In this document: positions 24,001 to 36,354 of the stretch, in pieces
Layout: every line of letters begins with the position of its first letter
Position numbering within the stretch: position 1 is the stretch's first letter
Source of the DNA: Escherichia phage ERS-1
Strand: one strand, 5' to 3'
DNA: 64,000 nt
Sequence record: PP337211
Translations under genes and position numbers: made by a program
The notes under the pieces: generated by a model
What the model was told of the DNA's origin: nothing
The model's input: only the letters and a program-made list of their open reading frames with translations
Databases searched by the model: none

Positions 24001-27000
24001 CACACCAATTGTCGAAGGAATCGAACTGAGCGCGGCAAGGAGCTGCCGTACCGTCGTTGGTCGTGGTATAGTCCGCGGCCCTGAAGGGACCTCCTCCAGC
24101 GTTGTAGTTACCGTTGTCAATTTTGTCATTCCTGCCCCTGGCCCACCCCTGGTGGAGGCGGATGTTCCCCGCCCGTAGCGTAGAAGAACCGCCCGCCGCC
24201 CGGAGCCGCCGGGTCGAACAAGTTGCCAGCCGAAGCCCTGGCGCTGGAAGATGGTGGATGCGACCCGGCTCCGGTAGATGGTCTTGCTGTCCGGTGGTAG
24301 AGCGGCAGGACGGGAACGGCCCCGACAGATGGGTGAGTGTTAGCGTGCCCTGGTCGCCGTTCGTGGAGGAGGTGCGCGGGTAGCCGGGCTGGCGATCCCG
24401 CGGAGCCCCCGGCGTAGCCGTCCGAGCCGCTGACCGCGATCCCGGACTCGCCGGATTGCGAGGAACCGTTGATGACTATGGTTTCGTTTTCGGTAGCTGT
24501 GCAGTCAAATAGGCCGTACCCTTGCTGAAGAGGGTAAGTCCTGCCCGGGAGCCGGTGCCGTTGCGGTTGGCGGTTCTGCCTGGGCCGCGGCGAAGTCGCG
24601 CGCGATGATTGCCGGTTGTTTGGTCCGGTCGCGGCACCTGGTTTCATAAGCCTTTGATCAGTTCTCCGTGGTACAAGGCCCTGAACTCGTGGACTGAGTT
24701 CCGGTATGCTTGCTGGATGCCCGTGGGCCCCTGCCGTTATAGGTTGTCGTGTTCTCCGCGGCGTTCTGATACCCGCTGACGCTGAAGGTCCCCTCGGCTC
24801 CCGACCTCCCAGCCAAGGGAGCCCGCTGGAGCAGGACGGTGGGCTAAAGGACCACCCGCCGCCGGTGTCGCAGGTACGGGAGCTTGCCTGCGGTCGCTTT
24901 GGTCGTTGGCGGGGCCGTGCGCGCGCCCGCCGCTGGACGGCGAGAAGGGGATGCTGTAGGATTGTGTTCGGACCGTAGATGCCTTCGGGCGGGCTGCTCG
25001 CCACGTTAGGGCGATTGGGCAACAACCCGCTCGTCCGGATCGCCTCGGAACAAAGCGTTGCCCGGAACGGCCTTCGCCCGTTTGGCGTAGCCTGTTGCCG
25101 GGGCCAGCGGGCTTGCCCGTGCGGTTCGCGTAGGAATAGCGCCGCTCCCGGGAACGGAGGGCGTCCTGCGGGACCGGAAGGACCCCCCACCGCCTGTGGG
25201 TAGGGGAACTGGTTGGGCGTAGGTGCGAGGGGACGAACCCCGTAAGCAGCCCCCTCAGGCTGGTCGAGACCTTCGGCGAACTGAAAGGAGCGGCCCGAGG
25301 CCGCGAGTTAAGAGGGTACCGCGGCGTTCCGCGGGATGGTTCGGGACGGCGAGCGGGCATTGAGCCCCGAACTGGTAGGCGCGCCCGGCTGGTCGTGAAC
25401 GGGCGTCCGGTTTGGTGTCAGGGCCGTGTACCCGTTCGGTAACCCTGTTGTACCTGCCTGCGGCGCCGTCGTACTTGACCTGATTCCCAGGTAGATTTTG
25501 TTGGGTTGCAGTTGCCCGTGCCTTCCTGGATGACCTCCGAGCCGAAGTGGTTGGCCACGGTTCTGTCCGCCTCCTGCAGGAGGAGTTCGGACCAGGAAAT
25601 GGACGTTGTTCCGGTTTGGACGGTCCTGGGATTGCCGGGTGAAGACCAGCCCCGGGAGTTCCGGGAACCGCGAAGGACCGCTGCTCCCCGAGGGAAAAGG
25701 CGGGCGTGTTCGTTATGGTCAAGGCGGTAGTCCAGGAAGTCCCGTTGTCCGAGTATTGGAGGCGGAAGGACCGCGGGGGGAGGTCCGTTGTACGTGCCGT
25801 TTGTCGGATGTGACTTGATGGTGTCTTGACTTCGCGGGCCGTCCAGTTTTTCCTCTCAATCGAAGCTGACCCCTCGCAGAGGTTCGAGGCGTAGAAAGCG
25901 GCCCCTGCGCTACGATCGGCGGGGTTGTTCGTGTTTGGTTTTCGCGTTGTGCTGAAACGCGTGGACGCTTCCGCGAGGTGGCGGGGAGGGTCCGTTGTTA
26001 CCGGTATGGGTGGCGATGTTGTCCCGGCGGACGCGCGCCTGCCGGCCGCCTGACCCGCCGCCGGGTCGCGTTCGCGGGTAAGAAAGGCGACGATCTTGCT
26101 GAGAAGTCCTCGGAAGTTCGTCGCGGTTCCGATTTCGTTTGCCTTGCCCCCTTCCCCTGCCGTCGTTGTCGGGCCTGGCGGACCGCGCCGCGTTGCGTTG
26201 GATTGTTTGCAGGACCCGCTCGCCCGAGGAGCTGGTCGGTAGTCCTGGCCGTGTTGGGGCTCGATTGTTCAACCCGGATCGCGGACCATCCGCCCTGCTG
26301 CCCCTCGCCACCGCCTGACGCGCTTCGTCCGCTCCTGGGTCGGAGTACGGATGGGGCTTCCCGTTTGCCGGCGTAGGCGGAAGGCGACCTGCTGCGAGTC
26401 GTGCCGCCTGCTCCGCCCGGCGGTGGTCGCCGCCAAGGCAAAGCCCGGCGTCTGGGCGATGATCTGGGCGACGTTCGCGCCGCCACCCGCGCCGGTCGCC
26501 GCCGCGAGGGCGTAGTTGGCCGGGGCGGAGCGGAGGCGAGGGCCTTCTGAACCGCCAGCACGCGCGTCGGATGGTCGCCGTGGCGATAGCCGCCGCCTTG
26601 CCGATTGCCGCCTGCTTCGCTCCCGACCGGGACTGCCCGGAGGGTGGAGAAGAAGTTGCGCTGGGTGGAGGGTTCTGCCTGTGATCTGGGCCTGAACCCG
26701 AGCCTTCAATTGCTGGGCGGTCTGCTCGCCGACCAGGTCGGCTTGCCTGTTGCCGTTGCGCGTTGCCTGCCGCCAGGCATTGCCTGCTGGGCTTCGACCG
26801 TACCGGCGAGAAGGTCCGCGTTGGATCTTCGCCCTAACTGGTTTGCCTGGGCCTGAGCGATCGCCCCCGCGGCCTGGCTCGTTGATCGCCGTGAGCTGGG
26901 CGGTGAACTCCTGCTGGGGTCCGAGGATAGCCTGAGGACCTGGTTGCGGGTTTCCGCCGCCCGGGTTTCCGCCGAACGGTGCCGCTTCTCCCGCGGAGTC

Positions 27001-30000
27001 GCTTCGGCCCCTGGTCCCCGAGGACGACGCCTTGATAGCGGCGTCTGTCCCATGTAGCGGGGCTGCTGTTCGACCTCGCGCTGCTCCGAGGCGAGGCGGT
27101 GGCTCGCGCCTCCTCCTCCGGCTGGCGGTTGATCGCGCCCTTCGGGTTCGGGTGTCCTTCTGCTGCTCCTCGATCGGTGCCGTGACCTGGGCCTTGCGCT
27201 CCGCGGTGATCCGCTGGCGCTCCGCTTTGCCGAGGTGCGCAGGGCGTTGGCGTACTCCGCTGAGCCGCCCGGTGCGGCGCGCCTACCCCTACCCGTTGGT
27301 TGAGTTCGTCCTGGAGTTTTCTCGAGGGCCTTGGCCGCCTCCTCATCGCCTTTCCCGGAGGTCCGGCGACCTCTTCCCCTTCCCCTGGTTCGGCGTCTCG
27401 ACTCTGAGCCGCGGCGACCCGCTCCTTGGAAATGTCGCGGCGCGTCGATCCGCTGTCCAGGTATCGCCTCGGCCGCTTTCGGATCGGGCGAGGACTTCCT
27501 GGCGGAAGCCTTCCTCGGGTTCGTGCCGATGTTGGCGCCCGGCCTTCCAACCTTTGATGTTGCTGGTCGCCGCGGCCTTCGGTCTGTCCGTTGCAGGTTT
27601 GGTCGCGTGGCCTTCGCGCGTTCCCGAGCTGGCGGAAGTTGTTCAGGGCGTCGATGACGGAGCCGGCGAGTTGAGGACCCCGCGGTTACGCCCCGCATCG
27701 TCCCGCCGATCATGTCGAACACCTGAAGGACGGTGCGGCCAGCTTCTGCCCAAGGCTTCCTGGTTCTGTACGCTGGCCCCGGCCTGGTCGGTTGTTCGCG
27801 CCGTCGCCGCGAGCCGGCTGCCGTCGAAGAACTCCCCGACCGTATTGGCGAGGCCGGTGATGATCGGCCGATGTCCTCCCTGGCGGTGCGGTGCGGTTCG
27901 CCCGGCTGGGTCGTGTCTGTCAAATTCTGGTCGATCTTCGTCCGGAAGGGTTGGTGGCGGTGATCGGCGGAGGCGAGGACGATCCTGAATGCGCCCGGGT
28001 GGGGTTCGCGGCGATGGCGGCGTCGAGGGCGACCGCCGCGGTGCGGACCGCGTTGAACGTGCCGCGCCCCCGGCGACGATAGCGAAGCCCGCGCCCCGAG
28101 GAGGACCTTGGCGAGGGTGTCCGTTATTGCTGATGAAGCGATCGCCTTGGACCTGGCTCGCTCGCGCCGGTCGCCTCATCGACTTGCCAACCAGGTCCAC
28201 CACGTTGTTCTGAAGGACTTGGAAGGACTGGCCGATGGTGGGGACGGACTTGGGCCTGCTTCCTCCGGCTCCGTCCTGGGCGTTCTTGAAGGCGTCGAAG
28301 ATGATGTCGGCGCTGATTTTGCCCTTCTGACCCCTTGCCGGAGTTCGCCGCGGGTTACGTTCTGCCGCTTGGCGATCACGTCTGCGACGGTCGGGCTGTT
28401 CCGGATGGAGTTTGGTTCATCGCTGCGGAGGACGCCCGAGGCGAGGCCCTGGCCTGCTGGATCGGTGCCGCTGAGCCTCGCCCGCGCTCGCGCCTGGAGG
28501 TGGGCGATGGCTTGGTTCTGTGACTTCGCGAAGTCGATGGTCCTGCCGCGAGCTGCCCGTGCCCTTCGCGCTGTCGGCCTGTCGGCCGCACGTCTCCGCC
28601 GTACCCTCCGGGACTGGCGGTGGAGTTCGAGATGTTGGTGACCGATAGCATCCGCCCCAGGTTCTGGGCTTCAGGCCGTCGCCCGGAGTCGGTTCTGTAG
28701 GTTGGTGTAGGTGTCCTGGCGGTGCCAGTTCGCGCGGTGTACGCGCCCTGGAGGTGGTGTGTGCTCTCGAGGAAGCCGCCCGTCCGCCTGCTCCTCGCCC
28801 GGACTCGCCCATGTCCTCCGCGTTTCGCTGAACGCTCGCCAGCCTCGTTCTGTGATGATGATGTCGGTTGTGCTCCTCGGACCTTTGCCGGCTCCCCGGT
28901 CCCCGTCAGAGTGCCCTTCCCAACTGTAGGGCCTGGACGGCTCTCGAGCACCCTGTTTGAAGTTCGCCGGGGCTTGGGCGGAATACCCTGTCCGTTGTTG
29001 GATGTACGGGAGGTTGTTGGTGATGTGAATCTCCTCCCCAAATCGTACCCGCGAATGACCGATTGGCTTGGTCGATAGCGGCCTGAGCGTCGGCGGCTTC
29101 GGCGCTGCCTGCCTCGCCGGCGAGAGGCGTTGAATTGCGGGAGGAGGGGGCGGAGCGGTCGCGGTGATCCGGTTGGATCGGGCGCGGCCCGTGTCCGGGC
29201 GTCCCGGAGGTCGCGGCTCGATCCGCGGCGAGGGCGACCTTGCGAGTGAGAGCGTCAGCGCCCTCCGCGACCTTCGGCCCCGGAGGGTAATGCGTCGGCT
29301 GAAGTTCGCTGAGACTTGGCGGCTGCGCCTCCTTGTAGACACTTCTGGCGGGTCGCTGGATGAACGGGTTTTCTCCTGCTGCTCGCCCTCGATCCCGTGA
29401 TCCGGGCGTTCCCTGTATGGCGGGTGGCGGACAGGTCCGGCCTGTGCCCATTCGCCGAGCGATGTTGTTCGGTAAAAAACCGATGTAGCACGGCTCGAAC
29501 AAGGGTCAACTCGGGGCGTTTGTATGCGGTCGGGTGGTCCGAACCCGGTACCGCTCGATGATCTTCGCGCTCGACTGGGCCTTGCTCGAAGCCGTAGGAG
29601 GACTTCCCGGCTTCCCGTCGTCTCCCGTACCTCGTCGCGGAGGCGCTGCGTTGGCGGACTGCTCGCGGAGGTCCGCGAACAGGTCCGGGTGCTCGAGGCT
29701 TTGGACGTTCTCCTTGTCGAAGTCGGCTTCGGCTGGCCGTCCGGGCCTTCCCGTTCATCGGTTGGGACGCCGTCTCCGCGAACAAGTTTCGGCACCTGCG
29801 GTCCGCGGTCTGTTGTCCGGGTCCGGTTGGACGGCCTTCTGTACGGGCGGGTGGCCTTCGCGCCTTCGAGAAGGCGACGTTCGCGGCCCCCGGCGCGTGA
29901 TCTTGATGCGGATCGAGCTTGTGTCCGCCGTTGGCCGTACTCCTGCGGAATGCTGTCCGTTTCCGTGCTTCTCGTTGGTCGGGCCGTTCCAACCTGCCTC

Positions 30001-33000
30001 TCCGTTTCTCGCCAGGGTGAGGGAAGGGAGGGCCGCAGCCCTCCCCGGGCTCTGTTGATCATACGTCCGCCGCGTTCGGAAGGTAAGGGAATTCGTTGAG
30101 CAGGGGTGTAACCCGCCGCGCTTTCCGCCGTGTCCGACAGGGCAGGGTGATCGGCTGGCCCTTCACGTTTGGGCGTCCGTCGCCCAGGGTGAGCAGCGGG
30201 ATGTCCCTGCCGGACCGGCGTTGTTCTTCGCCAAGGCGAAGTCCGGTGTTACGTTTGAGTCCGTCGTGCAATTCGCTGGACCGCCGCGATGTCCGCGAAG
30301 TAGGCCGTGACGTTGCCCTGCCCCTGGAAGGTGCCCGCGGAAACGTCGAAGGCCCCGAGGAGGGTGACTGCCTTGTCGGGCGAGACGTTGTCGTCGATCG
30401 TCAGCGTCAGCTCCGTGAGGAAGGCGAACAGCGCGGCGGGGTTCGACTCGCCCGTGGTCTGGTGCCCTTCCCCCGATCCGGCTGAAGTCCGAGGAGGTGT
30501 TGAAGGCCGGTGCGTCCAGGTCGGGACGGGCGCCCGACTTCACGCCGCGCAGCCGTCGCGCTGTTCGTTGTCGGTCGCCACGAAGCCGACGGCCGTGACC
30601 TTGTCGGCCTGGCGAATCTGGAGGCTCGGTTCGTTCGGGACCGCGCCCTCTGGACTCTGAGCGGTGCCGTTGGCGTCCTGGCCGGGGTACGTTCGAGCTG
30701 GTAGGCGCGGCGCTTGATCCCGTTGGCGTCCCGCTCGTTGATTGTTGCCGTAGGCTGCTGGATGGTCTTGCCCGTGCCCGTCTCCGCCGCGGCGCCGGCG
30801 GTCTTGTGGGCCCCGATGTAGGTGGCCGCGACCGCCCGGACGCGGGCGAAGCCGTTGTTGGCGGCGTCGGTGAACTGGTCGCCGCCGCGTCCCCCGCCGA
30901 TGAATCCCCGCCGCCCGTCAGGCTGGGTCGTCCGTTCTTCGCGCCCGAGCCGCGGACCAGGCGCGGATAGCTGCCCGACACGTCGATGTTCGGTTTGCGG
31001 AGCCCAACTGGAAACCGACCTTGACTGCTTCGCGGTCGCCGGGGCGTCTTCGTCGTTGCGGTTTGAGTTGCTGCGGTCGTGGCCGTGGAGCTGGCGACGT
31101 TCTTCTGCCGTTGTTCGAGGCCTGACCGAAGCCGGAGGCGAGGGCCAATTGCCGGTGAGGAACCGCGACCCCTCCGTGCCCGAGCCCTGGGTGTAGGTCT
31201 TGCCGGTGCCCGTTGCGCCGGAGAGGGCGGCGGTTCCGTTGGTCGGGATGTCGGCTGGCCTTCTGCGGATGTCCGCGAAGAAGAAGCCGGCTGCGGTTTG
31301 TTGTTCTGGGTTGTTCTCACCCGAAACCGCCCGAGGCGTCCGGTTCGTGGTCGCGCCCTCTCGCGCTGGCGGGACGGGTTGATGGGGTTCCGGCGACCGT
31401 GGCCTGCGATCCTCGGGCGTTGTAGCCGTTGGGCTCCGCGGAGACCCCGTCCGGTGAGGCCGTTCTCATCGCGTCCTCCTCCCAGGCGGAGGCCGGTGAC
31501 GTTGAGTCAATCTTGTTAGCCCTTGTCCGCAACCCTCCGTTTGAAGTGGTGGGTTCATTGGTTCGTCCGCCGACTCCACCACGTTCATCTGATACCCGCG
31601 CCGTCCGGGCCAATCTCTGGATGCGTGCGTCGCGAAACCAAACGCCGCTCGCGCGCCTCGCCCCTCGAAGGCGTCCCGGCGATCATCGCTTTTTTGGGTA
31701 GGCCCGGCCCCGGACCTGCGGGTAAAACTTGTACCGTGATCCTGTCCGGTACGGGTAAAGCGGCGACCGCCGGGGTCCGAAGGTCGCCTGCCGCGAAGTC
31801 GTGTGGGGGGCGTGATCGGGGGCATAGGGCTTGTCCGCGGGCGGAGGGTCGCCCGCGTCCACCTGGGCTGCTCCACGCGGATCGGAGCCCCGCCGTGAGG
31901 GCCGGGGTGTCCGTGGTCACTTGGTGTTGAACTGCCGGGCGATTCCGTCGCGGGCGCTGTCGAAGGTCGGGAGGGTCGTTTGCCTGGCCCTGGGTCGGTG
32001 CGATTGCTCGCCCGTTCGGGTCTGCGGTTTCACGGCGATGACCTTCCGGTCTCCCAGCCGGGCCTTTCCACCTCCGGCGGAGCCGTCTGGCCCTCCGCTG
32101 GGCGAAGTCGCGCTGGTCGCCCTTGCGGATCGTCTGGCCGTCGACGTAGCGTTGCCGGTCCTGGAAGATCGCTTTAACGGCTGGTCCGCCGCGACGTTGC
32201 CGCCCGGCTTCCCGGCTTCGCCGGATCGGGAGCGGCCCCGGCGGTGAAGCCCCGGCAGGGTGGCGGCCTGGCCGTTCTCTTGACTGCTTCTTGGCCTGCG
32301 CGATAGCGGAGTCGGGCCGTGCCCGGACCGCCCCGGCTCGTGCCGCCGGAGCGGAGAAGGCCCGCGCGGACCCGCTTCTGGTCCGCCGCCGGGCAATTCG
32401 GGTCCGGAAGACGGCCTGCTGCCCGAAGGTGACGGACTCGCCGACGGGTCCGACCGCTTCCGACTTCGAGGACTGCCTCGCCCGAGGCGTTCCGCTCCGG
32501 GTCGGGGTTTTGGCTCCGCGGCGAGGGTGCGCGGCGTACCCGCGCGCTTCCGACCCTGCGCGGGATGTCGTCGATGTAGCAGCGGTTGCGGTCCTGGCGT
32601 CGTCCGGGGCCCTTCCCGTGGTCTGGTCGCGGCCCTGCCCTTGCCCTTGAAGTTGAACCGCTGGTCCGGTAGTCGGTCGCGCGGATGACCGCGGCCTCGG
32701 TACCCTGGGGGTCCGTGGAGCCCGCGAAGGAGTTGCCCCGGTCGGTGTGGTAGGTTTGAACTCCTCCGCTGACGTAGGTGTTCGCCCCGGCGACGCCCTC
32801 CCGCGTCGTCTTGGACGACGGGTGCCTTCGCGTTTCCGGGCTTGACATCGGCCTGGCGGATCGTCCTGATGTTCTGCGCGGCTCCGGTTGATCTTGGTCG
32901 GCTCGGTTTCCGTAGCCCGGGCTGAGGGACGCGGGACTTGAGGCTGGTGCGTTCTGACGTGCCGGGTCGGGTCGGCCCGGGTCGTCCGCGGGCGTCGAGG

Positions 33001-35250
33001 CGGTGATCCTGTAGGACGCCCGCCGCCCCGCCGTTGTAGCTGGAGGACGAAGGCCCGTCCGTGACCGTCGCGCCCGGGTTCGCGGCGATCCTCGCCCTGT
33101 TCTCGTCCAGTTTCGATGGCCGTGAGCTGGAAGCCCGGGTCAGGCGGTTCTCCCGTCGATCGCGGGAGGGAGGCGTGGGCGCCGCGCTCCTCGAACTCGT
33201 TTGAACCGTTCGGAGCCGTCCGGCGATAGGCGACCGTGACCTGACCGAAGCCGAAGCCGGTATTTGCGATGAGGGCGCGCCTCGCCCGCGGGTTCTGGCG
33301 GAGTGCGTGAGGCTGAGACCGCTTTCCTGCTCCGATCCTGGCCGCGAGGGTCCGGGCTCCGGGCTTGCGGCCGGACCGCCCCTGCGGCTCGACCTGGGCC
33401 GGCGCATACACCTTCGCCCCCGAAGGGACGAAGGTGCGGGCGTCCTGGGCGAGGGCGACGGAGCCGAAGGCCCAGTAAGGGACCGCGAAGGCGAAGTGAA
33501 TCAGGCTCTTGCCGGCACCAATCCCAGGAAGGTGAAGGGATGGTTGGGGCGACGGCGAGGACCTTGAGGCCCCGTCCTGCCCGAGCTCTCCCGGGCGGTG
33601 CGAGCCATTCCCAGGTCCGCCCTGGGCAGTACTGCGGGTGATCCGGGCGGTGATCCCTGCCTGCGCGAGGGCGCTGTCCGTTGCGCGAGGGTAAGGTTGC
33701 CATGGCGGGTCGATCCGGTGCGGGACGATGCTGGCGATGGTACCCGCGCGAGGTCGAAGAAGGGGCGAGGGCGCTTGCGGTCGGGGAGGAAGCGGGTGAC
33801 GGCGATGTTGGTTGTTGGTTCTCCGGTTGCGGGAGGGTGCGGCCGGACGGCGGACCGCGCCCGGCTGAAGGGCGGTTGTTTTCCTGATGGCCCGGTCGCC
33901 GTCTGCGGCGATTCCCCGGTAGCCGCCGAAGTCTCTGGTGGGGTCGGCGTCCTGGCTCCCGGCTCCGCCGGCGGACTTGCTGGTCCGGATCGGGCTGGGA
34001 CGGTAGGAGACTTGGAGGCGCCTGCCGCTGATTGCCTGGTCCTGGGGTCCGGGAGTGCGCCGTCCCGCGCCCGGGCGTCCGCTCGCCGTTGGGCGAACTC
34101 CGCCCGGAGGTCTGCGACGCTGTCGGCGGGCTTTCCCGTTCACGGTTCTGTCGTTGGCCTCAGCCAGGAGGCGTCTCCTGCTCCCGTTCCCGGGCGCGGA
34201 CCTCCTCCTCGGATTCGTCGATGGCCTCCGCCGCCTCCGCGGTCGCGTCCGCCTTCCCGGAGCCGTAGCCGAAGCCGTAGCCCGCGAGGGTGATCAGGCG
34301 ACGGTGAGGACGCCCGCCGCGGCCCGGGCCTTGGAGGAGGGGAAGCCGAACCGGCCGGACCTCGCCCTTGTCCCTTGCCCTTGATCGGCGGCGGGGCCGG
34401 AAGGAGCCGGAGCGGACTTGCCGCCCCCATTGTCCTTCCAGTTCTGGCCGTGACGGTCGCCCGAACTTTCAGGGTTGACCATCTTCGAGGCGGTTGCCTT
34501 GGTGGTGCCGGATTTCGCCGGATGCTTCTCCTTCGGAGTTGGTTGGGTTACTGAGCGGCCTTCGCCTCGTCGCGGGTATGGCCCGGGGCGACGGCTTCCC
34601 GTGGCGCGGGTGATGCCGGGGAGCCTGCTTCTCCCGGTGGTCATCGCGGGCTTCCCGTCCTTGGTCGGTGGGTGTCGTCCGCCGGGTCCTGCCCAGGACC
34701 GCCTTCTGGAGCTTGGTGTTGGCTCGGCGGTCGGCTCCTTCGCCGGATCGGTCGGGACTGCCGGTCGCCCGTCCCCTTTGGATATACCCGGCTCGCCCGG
34801 CTTCGGCTTCGTACCTCTGCCGCGACAGGCGCCGCGTCCCGGTTTTGGCCTGCCCCCGTTGGGCTGAACGTCGCCGTGTACCGGCTGTTGGCCGTCCGGC
34901 TGGCAGCCTTCTTGAAGATCCCGCTGGCCCTTCGGGCACCTCTTCAGTGCGGGTGTCCTTCCGGGTAAGCCTGCCGTTGCGTTCGAGGAAGCGGGCGTGG
35001 GGCGACCTCCTCCGCCGGAGCGGTGATGGTCTGGGCGGCCCTTCTCGAAGGCGTAGGGCTGACTGCCCCAGCGGATCGCGCGACCCGCGAGGGTTCCGGC
35101 GGAGAGGGGCGTTCGTTTGGATGATGGTGGTCCGGTACGGTTCTCCGGTAGATTAAGGGAAGGGCGGACCGATCCCGCGATGGTGAGGGTGTTACGGTGC
35201 GGCCCGCCCTTCGGGTACGCGGGCGGGGCGCCCGCCCCGTCGCGGGGCGA
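18060..35250 (-). other. Unresolved block of minus-strand coding fragments; virion/tail structural genes expected here by synteny
   Basis: Protein-like segments (e.g. …AFAVPYWAFGSVALAQDARTFVPSGAKVYAPAQVE…, …ANTGFGFGQVTVAYRRTAPNGSNEFEERG… near 33,300-33,600) but frame breaks are too frequent to delimit genes. Confidence 0.25.
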
Positions 35251-35254
35251 GCCC

Positions 35255-36320
35255 TTAGTTCCCGAGGATGCCGTCTGCGGTGGTCGAGCCCTCCCGCCGT
35301 CGCCGTCGAACTTCGTGGTGGTCGCTGGCCGTCGGAAGCCGGCGAGGTCGCCGGCGGCCCCGCGCTGTGCCCTGTTCGTGGCCGGACTTGTCCGCGTGCC
35401 GGTCACGGCTTCTCCGCTCGTTTGGAGTCCTCCGACCGGCCGCCCTTCGGGTACGACGGGGGCCTCCCCCGGAGGGCGGGACCGCCTGGATGCCCGCGGC
35501 CCTGAGTCGCGGTCGGGTCCTCGGCCATGCCGTGGTGGCCACGCCTGCGCGCGCAACCGTTGTCTGCGTACCCGCGAAGATCGTGGTGGTGTCGGCGCCG
35601 GTGCCCTTGGTCTGGTTGGTCGGGATGTAGTCGTTGCGGAAGATCGGGGTGCCCGAGTAGGCCGGACCTCCGCGCCGCTGGCTCGACAACCCTGTTGATG
35701 GACGGACCCTGGTGGTGCGGAGCAGCGCCTTGTAGCTGTGGTGTACGCGCGGGCGGCCATGTAGTTCGCCTGGCTGCCCTTGTCGGCCAGGTCCTTTGCT
35801 TGTTCTTTCCAGTGATGGCGAAGCTGACGTCGGAGCCGTTCGCGCCGGTGGTCGCTTTCTGACCGGAGGCGCACAGCTGGATCAGGCCCGCGAACTCGTT
35901 GCCCGCGCCGGTGCCGTTGATCCGCTGGTCCTGGCAACTTGCGGCTGGCGGACTTCGCCTTGGAGGCGATCTGGACCTGCGGTCTGGTCGTCGCCGTCGC
36001 CGGAGCGGGTAGCCTGGATCCTGGCTGTTCGCTTTGGCGTTGCCCGGATGGTGGTGAGGTTGGAGTTGACCTTGGCGAGGTTGGCGGCCTTACCGGTGCC
36101 CGCGCTGGAGAAGGTCGTGCCGAGCCGGCCTCACGACGTTGCCGGGTGACGTTCTCGCGGTTGTACGCGAGGCCGTCGCCTTCGATGGAGCTCGAAGGGC
36201 CGTCGAACCTTTGCCGGTTGACGGTGATGATGTTCTCGATCCCTTGCCCGTGCCCGTTCGTCCTGGGCCGCTTGGCGCTTTCGGGGGGAAGCCTAGCCTT
36301 GACGGCTTCCTTCCGGAGTC
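35255..36320 (-). CDS. Major capsid protein, HK97-fold family-like, frame-disrupted
   Basis: Segments …GIENIITVNRQRFDGPSSSIEGDGLAYNRENVT…, …NEFAGLIQLCASGQKATTGANGSDVSFAITGKN…, …GPAYSGTPIFRNDYIPTNQTKGTGADTTTIFAG… resemble the conserved C-terminal region of HK97-type capsid proteins; stop TAA at 35,255-35,257; start not found. Confidence 0.4.
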
Positions 36321-36325
36321 GATGA

Positions 36326-36354
36326 ATTGTAGCGGTTTCTGCCGTGCCGGATTG
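36326..36354 (-). promoter_or_regulatory. Conserved ~29-nt intergenic element (minus sense CAATCCGGCACGGCAGAAACCGCTACAAT), copy 1
   Basis: Near-identical to the element at 38,441-38,471; ends in a TACAAT -10-like hexamer on the minus strand. Confidence 0.35.
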
